20,000 bases of DNA from an uncultured virus (IMG/VR IMGVR_UViG_3300005098_000001) (IMGVR_UViG_3300005098_000001), one strand, 5' to 3'; positions 8,722 through 16,452 are shown, numbered from the stretch's first letter. A program made the numbers and translations. The notes: generated by a model from the sequence alone, not told the origin.

Positions 8722-9210
8722 TTGAGAAATTTTGAAAATTTTAGTGCAATGGTCGTAGATAGTAAAACTTTGGAAAGATTAAGAAGAAATTATGAGAATA
8801 AAAAGGAGTTGATTGTTCGAGATTTAGATAATAGGTGTATACTTTGTGGGAAAGAGGCAAATAGTTATCATCACTTAGTTCCTCTTAAATATTCTAAAGG
8901 ATATGAGAAATATATCAATAGGAGTTATAATCTTGTTCCGTGTTGCTTAAGGCCAGGTTCTTGGTGTCACTTCAAATTAAATGGAGTTTCTTGGTGTTTT
9001 TTGTCTCAAAATAGGAAGTATTTTGGGAAAGTTCCATTAGAAGTATTATCACTTTTGATAAAGGATTGGATAATTAGAAATAAAGAGGAATTGTTGGAGA
9101 AGAAAGCAGTTGATTTAAAAGAAAATATGAAAATTCAATTTTTAAGATTAAAAAATTCTAGTTTGGAGGTAAAATATGAAAAAGAAAAGCATTTTTATAG
9201 GGTTGTTTAG
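8722..9210 (+). CDS. HNH endonuclease
   Basis: RD..RCILCG.....HHLVP......N...NLVPCC.....CHFK: CxxC plus His-Asn-His pattern. Start uncertain (TTG 8722 or ATG 8749), no clear SD. Confidence 0.75.
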   Translation: MRNFENFSAMVVDSKTLERLRRNYENKKELIVRDLDNRCILCGKEANSYHHLVPLKYSKGYEKYINRSYNLVPCCLRPGSWCHFKLNGVSWCFLSQNRKYFGKVPLEVLSLLIKDWIIRNKEELLEKKAVDLKENMKIQFLRLKNSSLEVKYEKEKHFYRVV

Positions 9211-9634
9211 TTTAATATTGATTTTTGTATTAACTAAATCTTCTTTTTCTTTTCATGTTTACCATCAATATATAGGTTCTTATTTAGATATCTTTTGTGT
9301 TAAAGAGGTTACAAATAAAAGTCATTCTCTCACATCCTTAGGTTTCTTTAGGGATATTCGTAGATTTTTTACTTACTCGAATAGAAAGTTCTATTGTATA
9401 TTTATAATGAAAGATAAAAATGTTTTTTATTATCCAGTTTATTGTTTTGTTCCAGGTAAAAATAAAGTGTTTCGTATAAATTTAACAAAAGGACTTCTTG
9501 TGAATAAACTTGCCTATTTAGTTCTTAGTAATGGAGAAAGGAATGCTATAGATCTATTGACTGAAGAAAAAGAATTTATAAGTGAATTGTTTAGGAAACT
9601 TTATAATAATGAACTTCAGGTAGATACTTTTTAA
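9176..9634 (+). CDS. Hypothetical protein with N-terminal signal peptide/membrane anchor
   Basis: GGAGGT SD; MKKKSIFIGLFSLILIFVLTKSSFS has basic then hydrophobic N-terminus; 152 aa. Confidence 0.65.
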   Translation: MKKKSIFIGLFSLILIFVLTKSSFSFHVYHQYIGSYLDIFCVKEVTNKSHSLTSLGFFRDIRRFFTYSNRKFYCIFIMKDKNVFYYPVYCFVPGKNKVFRINLTKGLLVNKLAYLVLSNGERNAIDLLTEEKEFISELFRKLYNNELQVDTF

Positions 9635-9646
9635 TAGGAGGAAGTA

Positions 9647-9859
9647 ATGATTTATCTTTTTGCAATTTCTTTTATAATATTAGTAATATCTGCTATTTGT
9701 TTAACTTCCTATGGGATAGTATTTCTTTTAAACTATTTAGGTATAAGCTTTAAATTGGTTTTATCGATTGTAATTGGGTCTTTAATTATAGTATTTCTAA
9801 GTGCTTTTATTGAGACAATTAGAAGAGATTCTAAGATGTTCAATGGATTTTTGAAGTGA
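9647..9859 (+). CDS. Small two-TM membrane protein (paralogue A)
   Basis: AGGAGG SD; 70 aa with two hydrophobic stretches; near-identical N-terminus to 9970..10176. Confidence 0.75.
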   Translation: MIYLFAISFIILVISAICLTSYGIVFLLNYLGISFKLVLSIVIGSLIIVFLSAFIETIRRDSKMFNGFLK

Positions 9860-9913
9860 TAAATCTATTGTAAAGTCTTCGTAAAGTAAAAAAATTTTAT
9901 TTTTCTTGAAAAA

Positions 9914-9966
9914 AAGTATTTACATTTAAGATAATATGTACTATAATATATATAGAAAAGGAGGAA
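9914..9966 (+). promoter_or_regulatory. Repeated promoter+RBS cassette, copy 1
   Basis: TTTACA (9919-9924), 17 nt, TATAAT (9942-9947), then AAGGAGG; A/T tracts upstream; 52/53 identical to 10838-10890. Confidence 0.85.
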
Positions 9967-9969
9967 CAG

Positions 9970-10176
9970 ATGATCTATCTTTTTGCCATATCATTCATAA
10001 TTTTACTGATATCTATTACTTGTCTAACTTCTTATGGAATAGTGTTTCTATTGAACTATCTCAATATAAGTTTTGAATCAGTTTTATTGACTGTACTTAT
10101 ATCTTTTATCGCAATTCTTTTATGTGTTATTATTGAAGCACTCAAAGAAAGACCAAGATTTCAGAGAAAAATGTAA
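9970..10176 (+). CDS. Small two-TM membrane protein (paralogue B)
   Basis: 68 aa; MIYLFAISFIIL.IS..CLTSYGIVFLLNYL shared with 9647..9859, with many synonymous differences; AAGGAGG SD. Confidence 0.75.
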   Translation: MIYLFAISFIILLISITCLTSYGIVFLLNYLNISFESVLLTVLISFIAILLCVIIEALKERPRFQRKM

Positions 10177-10217
10177 AGTTCTTGTAAAGCAAAAAAAATT
10201 GATTTTTCTTGAAAAAA

Positions 10218-10256
10218 AAGTATTTACATTTAAGATGATATGTACTATAATATATA
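10218..10256 (+). promoter_or_regulatory. Repeated promoter cassette, copy 2
   Basis: TTTACA (10223-10228), 17 nt, TATAAT (10246-10251); 38/39 identical to copy 1, with similarity extending upstream to about 10172 (vs 9869). Confidence 0.85.
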
Positions 10257-10293
10257 CAAGATGAAAGAAAATAACAAAAAAGGAGGAGAAAAG

Positions 10294-10839
10294 ATGGAAA
10301 AAACGATGATAATAAATTTTAGAAATGAAGTCCAAGTTGCTTTGTATGAATGTGAATTGAAAGGCCAGATTTCAGATGGTCATTGGGAAAATTCTCGCCC
10401 TTATGATCATTGGATTCGCATGTGTAAGGCTAAAGCTAAAGTTGGTGAACCTTTAGGACCTAATTTTTATCCTATGCGTACTTATAATTTTGCAGCTAAA
10501 CCTCTTGTTGATGTAGTAGGTCAAAGAATGTTGTTTATAGCTAAACTGAAGATGCTTTTTCCACATTTATCTTATCAAACTATAAGAGAGCTTGATGATT
10601 TAGTGGATTGTGAAACAGGTGAGTCTAGAGTAAAGGAACTTGTAGAGCTAGCAAAAGAAAGAGATTACTGGGAGAAAAAATTAGCAATTATTAAACAATC
10701 CCTTAATGTTGGGACAGAACAAGAGTTAGAAGATGTTGTAAAAAGGATAATTGATTTTAAAGGCTATGATTTGAGAAAACTGAGAAAAGATTTAAGAGAT
10801 ATGAGCCAGATAGTAAATAAAAAGCTGAGGGAAGGATAA
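10294..10839 (+). CDS. Hypothetical early-type phage protein
   Basis: Start reassigned to ATG 10294 (AGGAGGAG at 10281-10288); the listed 10240 start lies within the promoter. Distinctive ELKGQISDGHWENSRPYDHW motif; function unknown. Confidence 0.75.
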   Translation: MEKTMIINFRNEVQVALYECELKGQISDGHWENSRPYDHWIRMCKAKAKVGEPLGPNFYPMRTYNFAAKPLVDVVGQRMLFIAKLKMLFPHLSYQTIRELDDLVDCETGESRVKELVELAKERDYWEKKLAIIKQSLNVGTEQELEDVVKRIIDFKGYDLRKLRKDLRDMSQIVNKKLREG

Positions 10840-10890
10840 GTATTTACATTTAGGATAATATGTACTATAATATATATAGAAAAGGAGGAA
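10838..10890 (+). promoter_or_regulatory. Repeated promoter+RBS cassette, copy 3
   Basis: TTTACA (10843-10848), 17 nt, TATAAT (10866-10871), AAGGAGG; starts within the TAA stop of the preceding gene. Confidence 0.85.
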
Positions 10891-10895
10891 AAAGA

Positions 10896-11108
10896 ATGAA
10901 GGGAAGGAAAATAAAAAAGAAAAAAAGAGAAAGAAAGTTTTTTATTACTTGTCAAGGTTGGAGAGATTATGGACTTTATATTCAGAATTTTGATCATTGT
11001 GGAATACCATTTGCTGATTGGGATTATCTAGGTTCCTTTCCTAGCCCTAATGAAGCTCGTAAGTTTGCTAAAAAATTAGCAAATAGAGAAATTTCTCCAA
11101 TTTTCTGA
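10896..11108 (+). CDS. Hypothetical small basic protein
   Basis: Start reassigned to ATG 10896 after the cassette SD; 70 aa; K/R-rich N-terminus, C-terminal LGSFPSPNEARKFA. Confidence 0.7.
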   Translation: MKGRKIKKKKRERKFFITCQGWRDYGLYIQNFDHCGIPFADWDYLGSFPSPNEARKFAKKLANREISPIF

Positions 11109-11122
11109 GAAAGGAGGTTTTA

Positions 11123-11404
11123 GTGATGAGAGTAAAAATTTTATCTAAGAAAGAATTAGAGGAAATTTATGGGCAAAAGTGGGAAGATTTAGCAATCTCA
11201 GATGAAGCTTATCCAGTTGATGAGAATGGAATTACAAAGGAAGAATTAGAATTCCTAGTAAAAGTTGCTAAAGAATATCAAATTGAGGTTAAAAATCTAG
11301 AGTATCTTGAAACTACTCCTTCTTTAGTTTCATTTGTTTTAAGAAGAGATGAGGATCATCAAGTCTATTTATCTACGCTAGATTATCTTTTAAGAAGGAG
11401 GTGA
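11123..11404 (+). CDS. Hypothetical acidic protein
   Basis: AAGGAGGT SD before GTG/ATG; 93 aa. Confidence 0.7.
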   Translation: MMRVKILSKKELEEIYGQKWEDLAISDEAYPVDENGITKEELEFLVKVAKEYQIEVKNLEYLETTPSLVSFVLRRDEDHQVYLSTLDYLLRRR

Positions 11405-11410
11405 ATACAA

Positions 11411-12055
11411 ATGAATGAAAGTTTTAAAGTAGGTGATAAGGTCGTTATTAAAAGACATCCTGACAATCATTACAATGGAGTAGAAGATAAGATTGTGTTT
11501 ATCTATGGAGGTTCTTGTCTAATAGAAAGTGACAGTATAGTTTATGAAGTGAGATTAAATTGGTTAAAAAGCCAAAGAAAGGAGGTGAAAAAGATGAGAA
11601 AGTGTTTATTGGTTTTGGTTACTTTAGTTTTCATTACTGCTTGTTCTCCACCTTCTGCATATCAGCATGTAGCGAGGAAATTAGGGTTGGATGCGGATAA
11701 GTACATAGGACAAAGTTGGGAGACAGTTCATGAGGACCTATTACAGAATAATTTCAAAATTGTAAAACCTAAAGTTGGGGCTCTTAGGATGTTAAATTGG
11801 AGATTACAAGGATTGAAGATCTGGGTGGCCTATAAGGGATTGAATAGGTATGTAAAGACTGCTTGTAGGACTTCTGGATATAGGATCTACTGCGATAAAA
11901 TCTATTTAAGGAAGTACCTGATTGCTAAGATTGGCGTTGATAAGGATAATATAGTGAGAAAAGTTAGTTATGATTTTCAGCTTAAGGAAATGGGTTTTGA
12001 TTATATGGGAACTCCTTTTATCTTCAATAAAAAGGAATGGAGTAAAAATTATTAA
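11411..12055 (+). CDS. ORF with N-terminal KOW/SH3-like segment read in frame into a predicted lipoprotein (internal start 11594)
   Basis: AGGAGGTG before ATG 11411 (MNESFKVGDKVVIK); second AAGGAGGTG before in-frame ATG 11594 (MRKCLLVLVTLVFITAC, signal peptide with lipobox-like ITAC). Confidence 0.7.
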   Translation: MNESFKVGDKVVIKRHPDNHYNGVEDKIVFIYGGSCLIESDSIVYEVRLNWLKSQRKEVKKMRKCLLVLVTLVFITACSPPSAYQHVARKLGLDADKYIGQSWETVHEDLLQNNFKIVKPKVGALRMLNWRLQGLKIWVAYKGLNRYVKTACRTSGYRIYCDKIYLRKYLIAKIGVDKDNIVRKVSYDFQLKEMGFDYMGTPFIFNKKEWSKNY

Positions 12056-12067
12056 GGAGGATTAGAG

Positions 12068-12223
12068 ATGCATTTAGTTTTATCACAAAATTTGGAAATT
12101 AGGTACAAAAATAACTTCTACATTGTTATAGTTTTTGGCGAGGAAGTTGCAAGGTTTAAGCATGCAGATGATTTACTAGATTATATTTTTAAAGTCATTA
12201 AAGAGAATGAAGGAATTGTGTAG
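12068..12223 (+). CDS. Hypothetical small protein (51 aa, not in ORF track)
   Basis: AAGGAGG 7 nt before the ATG; MHLVLSQNLEIRYKNNFYIVIVFGEEVARFKHADDLLDYIFKVIKENEGIV*; its stop overlaps the next SD. Confidence 0.7.
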   Translation: MHLVLSQNLEIRYKNNFYIVIVFGEEVARFKHADDLLDYIFKVIKENEGIV

Positions 12224-12233
12224 GAGGTGCAAA

Positions 12234-12461
12234 ATGTTAGGACAACAATTAAGAGAATTAAAGGTTGAGGAAATTAAAAAATTTTCCTCAAGGAAAGGGG
12301 TTAAAAAAATTGCAGTTGAAAATTTTCTTCTTAGTGTGCATAATAATGTCACCAAAAGTGTAGCTCTAGATAATCTTTTCTATGATGCCAAGATCTATAA
12401 ATGGAATGCTGCAACTGTCAAGGCCATTTTAGATGGAATTAACTTAGCAGCAAGAGGATAA
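12234..12461 (+). CDS. Hypothetical small protein (75 aa)
   Basis: Start reassigned to ATG 12234 after AGGAGGT; RKGVKKIAVENFL...DAKIYKWNAAT..AI..GI; last gene before the terminator. Confidence 0.7.
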   Translation: MLGQQLRELKVEEIKKFSSRKGVKKIAVENFLLSVHNNVTKSVALDNLFYDAKIYKWNAATVKAILDGINLAARG

Positions 12462-12471
12462 TCCTCTCCCT

Positions 12472-12510
12472 TGTGTAGCCGGTTGACGCCGGCTACACAT
12501 CTTTTTTCTT
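12472..12510 (+). terminator. Rho-independent terminator
   Basis: Perfect 11 bp stem TGTGTAGCCGG (12472-12482) / CCGGCTACACA (12489-12499), loop TTGACG, followed by TCTTTTTTCTT; 10 nt after a stop codon. Confidence 0.9.
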
Positions 12511-12614
12511 CTAAATATTTTTTTATTTAGAACTATTTAAGTGTGCTTCTGGCTTTAAAATTACCCAGAGTCATTATTATGCTTACGTGTTCTTTTTTGA
12601 TTTATAATACTAAT

Positions 12615-14141
12615 ATGAAAAAGATTAATCCAAAATTATTAAGAGAATATCTCAAAAATCCTTTAAAATTCCGTTTAGAACAGTGGATAATGGATAATGG
12701 TCAAGTTTTAGAAAAGACAGTTACAGATTGGCAAATCAAATTTATTCTAAAACCATTAGATGATCCAAGGTATAAGTTGTATTATATACAGCTTCCAAAA
12801 AAGGTTGGAAAATCAACTTTTGCTGCTTTTGAGGCAGTAACAAGGTTATTTTTAGAAGGACTTCAAGACCCAACTTGGGAGGGTTACTTTTTAGCTGGGA
12901 CTGAAGATCAAGCAAAATATCTTTTGGACAAAGCAAAGAAATTGATTGAGAGAAATCCTAATTTTAAAGGAGTCTTAGTTCCTCAAAGGGAAAGAATAAT
13001 ATTTCCCGCAAGAAGAGTTGAATTGAAAATTTTAGCCTCTGAGTATAAATATACTCATCAGTATAACCCAAATTTCTTTGTCTTTGATGAATTTTGGAAT
13101 CAACCAGACGATAAACTTTTTACTTCAATTTATGCCTCTATGGTAAAGCCAAGATCTAAGGGTTTAATAATTACAAATGCTGGTGAAGTAAAAATGGGAA
13201 TTTGTTGGGAAATAAGACAAAAATGTAGAAAGAATCGTCCATATAATTGGTATTATTACGAACCAACTGATATTCATATAAACCCAATTTTAAAACCTCA
13301 TTGGATAGATGATTCATGGCTGGAAAGTCAAAGAACTACATTAAGTGAATCCGAATTCAATAGGTTGATCTTGAACCAATGGGGAGACAAAAAACCCGAT
13401 GAAATAAAGTTTTTGCCCGATGAAGTTATAGAAAGTGCAATAGATGATAATTTAGAGTGGGGAATAAAAGAAGTAGATCCCGAATCTATTTATATTTTAT
13501 CAGTAGATATTGGGGTTGCTAATGACAAAACTGTAGCTCTTTTAATGAAATTTAAAGATAATGAGTGTACTTTAGAAGATTTAAAACTTTGGAGAGGATC
13601 TAAGTTCAAAAATGTTGAAATAAAAGAGGTAGAAGAATACATATTGAGAGTTGAAGAAAAATATAAAAATAGATTAGTGATTACAGGAGATACCTGGCAA
13701 GCAGTTTATCTTTTTCAAAGATTAAAAGATAAAGGACTGAAAGTTATTGAAGTGTATTTGCAAAATTTACAACCTAAATTAGCAACTTTAATGAAAGATG
13801 CATTTCTAAATGAAAGAATCAAATTTCCTTATCATGAAATTTTAATTTGGGAATTAAAGCATTCTATGATCGATACTTCAGAAAAATTAAATTTAGCAAG
13901 GATAAAAAGAACTTATGGTAAAAGAAGTTTAGATATAGTCTTTGCAATTGGGATGGGACTTATAACTTATGAAAGAATTAGAACTGGAGAAGTTTATCTC
14001 GAATTTGTATCTTCTTCTAGTTTTTTTAAAGATAAATCTTCTCTCCCTAGACACTTTGGAAAAAGAAAAATACAAATTGAAGAACCATTAGTAGAAATAT
14101 CTCAAAGAAGATCTAGTTTCCAATATTGGAAGGTTTTCTAA
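12615..14141 (+). CDS. terL: Terminase large subunit
   Basis: Q motif (TDWQ), Walker A LPKKVGKST, Walker B FFVFDE, motif III ITNAG, RNase H-like nuclease ILSVDIG...DKT, D.WQA and C-terminal DIVFAIGMG. Start most likely ATG 12615 (frame open from 12543). Confidence 0.92.
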   Translation: MKKINPKLLREYLKNPLKFRLEQWIMDNGQVLEKTVTDWQIKFILKPLDDPRYKLYYIQLPKKVGKSTFAAFEAVTRLFLEGLQDPTWEGYFLAGTEDQAKYLLDKAKKLIERNPNFKGVLVPQRERIIFPARRVELKILASEYKYTHQYNPNFFVFDEFWNQPDDKLFTSIYASMVKPRSKGLIITNAGEVKMGICWEIRQKCRKNRPYNWYYYEPTDIHINPILKPHWIDDSWLESQRTTLSESEFNRLILNQWGDKKPDEIKFLPDEVIESAIDDNLEWGIKEVDPESIYILSVDIGVANDKTVALLMKFKDNECTLEDLKLWRGSKFKNVEIKEVEEYILRVEEKYKNRLVITGDTWQAVYLFQRLKDKGLKVIEVYLQNLQPKLATLMKDAFLNERIKFPYHEILIWELKHSMIDTSEKLNLARIKRTYGKRSLDIVFAIGMGLITYERIRTGEVYLEFVSSSSFFKDKSSLPRHFGKRKIQIEEPLVEISQRRSSFQYWKVF

Positions 14142-14256
14142 AAGCCAGATGCACAGCAAAAGATGTCTGAATATAAAATTATTTAGTGACCTCTTGATGT
14201 GCACCTGGCTTCATCCTCGTGAGTCTGATATTGCCTTTCAAAAAACTCTCAGATGA
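14142..14256. other. Intergenic inverted repeats (one long hairpin plus a weaker adjacent one)
   Basis: AAGCCAGATGCACA (14142-14155) vs TGTGCACCTGGCTT (14198-14211), 13/14 complementary, with imperfect pairing continuing inward; weaker second stem TCATC..GAG / CTC..GATGA over 14211-14256. Confidence 0.6.
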
Positions 14257-14274
14257 TTTAAAATAATATTAAGT

Positions 14275-16452
14275 ATGCCTATTCAATGGTTAAGAGAAAA
14301 TTTTTTGGAGGATGTAGAAAGTTTTGTAGATCAAGATGATGAACCAATTTTAGAGCCAACTCCAAATCATGGAACTGAATATCTAAATGACTACAATACT
14401 GTAACCTTCTGGTCAGGTAAATCTAAATCAAATGCTAGAATCCTTGCTAATTTAGGAACTTCAATTGCAATAGATACATGTATTGTATTAGGGACTTTAA
14501 AGGATTGTGAAAACCTAGTCTTGAGATATGGAGATACTAAAAGTGTTCCTTTTTCAAGAACTCTCCCAAAACCTTTAGATGGAACTAGCTTTGGGACACT
14601 TTTAAATGTAGGAACTTATCAGTATTGGAGATTAGATATTGAAACCAATAAGGTTCCTGCTTTAAGAAGAGGGCAAATTCATGCGAGTATTTATGGCCAG
14701 CCAAAAGAAAATCGTTTAGGATTAAATAGTGGAGATAGTTTAATTTGGAGTTTGGGAGATAATTTAACAAGTTACATTAGAGAAAGCTTTAATTGTTATC
14801 AAGGAGCAATAAGATTTAGATTTGTTCCAAAGTGGAGTGGAACCACATTTGGGACAAAATCAATTCTATCAATGGGGCTTTATGTTTCCCTTACAGATTC
14901 CTTTTATGAAAGATTCAAACTTAAAAAGATAGGAGAAAAAATTCGATTAGAAATTAACCCTGGAAGTGGTTGGCTTAAAACAGAGGTTTCTGGCACAAAG
15001 ATTGTTCCTTATGGTACTTATCACTTAGTATTTACCTGGAATTATCAAAATGAAGTAATTCCAGGGTATTATATGGCATTGTATTTGGATGGAAATGTAG
15101 GAACAATCAATGAAGGAACAAAAAAGAATAATCTCAGATTATCATCAATGTATTCTTTATGTTTAGCCTATCCTTCTATTGAACCTAATGACTTAGGGAT
15201 AGAATCTCTATTAATTACTGATTGTCATTGGGGAAGTTCTAAAGTAGAAAGTGACTATTTAAATAAACCAAGAACACTGATGAAAATTAGTACTTGTATA
15301 TTTGCTCCTTTCATCTCTAAAAATTCAGATACTAGATTAACAGATGATCCCGACTATGGTCAAGGTTGGGTAGAATCAGATATTTTTTATTGGAAAAAGA
15401 GCCAAGAGGAAACTGACTTCGTTATAAGAGTAAATGACGTAACTTATCCAAGTAAAGGTAATTGGGACTTCGATCAAAATCCTAGTATTATGGGAACTGC
15501 AGAAATCCAACTTTCTAAAGATACATTAAAATATTTTAGATCAGTAACTGGATCTTGTTTTATTCCTACTTCCGAAGGAACTTTAGATGCAAGTATAAGT
15601 TATATTGATACAATTGAATCTGGCTATCACTTTGGATATGTTTTAGTACATACCTCTGAAAACCCTTATAATATGAAATACACATTCAATATCTTTGGAA
15701 CTAGTGGAACTTCTAGCCTTTTTGGGACAGATTTGTTGGAGGGAACATGGAATGAAATTGATTATTATATAAAGGTAGATGAAAAACAACAACTTAGATG
15801 GACTTTTGGAATATGGGGAACAGTAAATTACACTGGAACTGGAACTTTCCTATTTAAAGTTTCAGAAATCAGCCTTTATAAAGGTGTAACAGAAACTGGA
15901 ACAACACGTTGGTACAGTAGTGCAGGAACGACTAGTCTTGAAGGAAATTGGGGAACTTTTAAATGGTTCTTCTATAAGGCAGGAACTACCGGTATTTATG
16001 ATGAATCAGGAACAGTCCCAGTTTCTCATTATTGTTTTGAAGTAGGAACAAGAGGTCCTTTAGCTTTTAATTGGAAAACTAAGTCTGAAAAACATATAAT
16101 CCATGAATGGTATTTAGGAAAAAAGATTGAATTAAGCGAAAATCCAGAGGCAATTTATAATATTAAAGATCATTTTGATACTGATACTTATACTTCAAGA
16201 GGAGGAAAACATTTCTCTTATTATAAGTGGCAAAATAGAACATGGCAATTTACATATAGCTGTATGTCAGATGATGATAGAGATATTTTGAGAGAAATTA
16301 TTAGAAAGTGTAAAGGACCTTATAAACCATTATATTTCGTTTTATATCCAGAAAATCCAGAGGTTACAAGAGCAAGGCTTACTCAAGATCACGAATGGCA
16401 GGATGTTATTGGAGGTTTTAATTATACCTTAATTTTGGAAGAAAGTAAATGA
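14275..16452 (+). CDS. Putative distal tail protein with discoidin-like N-terminus and inserted LamG/lectin-like domain(s)
   Basis: N-terminal ILANLG..IAIDTCIVLG...YQYWRLDI; internal GAIRFRFVP.W...YHLVFTWN...LYLDG (concanavalin/LamG-like); C-terminal TSRGG......RTWQFTY..MS...KG..KPLYF...YTLILEE resembling Dit/gpM-type proteins; very Gly-Thr rich. Confidence 0.6.
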   Translation: MPIQWLRENFLEDVESFVDQDDEPILEPTPNHGTEYLNDYNTVTFWSGKSKSNARILANLGTSIAIDTCIVLGTLKDCENLVLRYGDTKSVPFSRTLPKPLDGTSFGTLLNVGTYQYWRLDIETNKVPALRRGQIHASIYGQPKENRLGLNSGDSLIWSLGDNLTSYIRESFNCYQGAIRFRFVPKWSGTTFGTKSILSMGLYVSLTDSFYERFKLKKIGEKIRLEINPGSGWLKTEVSGTKIVPYGTYHLVFTWNYQNEVIPGYYMALYLDGNVGTINEGTKKNNLRLSSMYSLCLAYPSIEPNDLGIESLLITDCHWGSSKVESDYLNKPRTLMKISTCIFAPFISKNSDTRLTDDPDYGQGWVESDIFYWKKSQEETDFVIRVNDVTYPSKGNWDFDQNPSIMGTAEIQLSKDTLKYFRSVTGSCFIPTSEGTLDASISYIDTIESGYHFGYVLVHTSENPYNMKYTFNIFGTSGTSSLFGTDLLEGTWNEIDYYIKVDEKQQLRWTFGIWGTVNYTGTGTFLFKVSEISLYKGVTETGTTRWYSSAGTTSLEGNWGTFKWFFYKAGTTGIYDESGTVPVSHYCFEVGTRGPLAFNWKTKSEKHIIHEWYLGKKIELSENPEAIYNIKDHFDTDTYTSRGGKHFSYYKWQNRTWQFTYSCMSDDDRDILREIIRKCKGPYKPLYFVLYPENPEVTRARLTQDHEWQDVIGGFNYTLILEESK

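Noticed and set aside
9914..10890. CRISPR array
   Set aside because: Repeats are about 300 and 620 bp apart, separated by whole genes, and match sigma70 promoters; no cas genes.
10240..10895. Listed starts at 10240 and 10860 (shared MYYNIY N-termini)
   Set aside because: These ATGs lie inside the repeated promoter; the SD-led starts are at 10294 and 10896.
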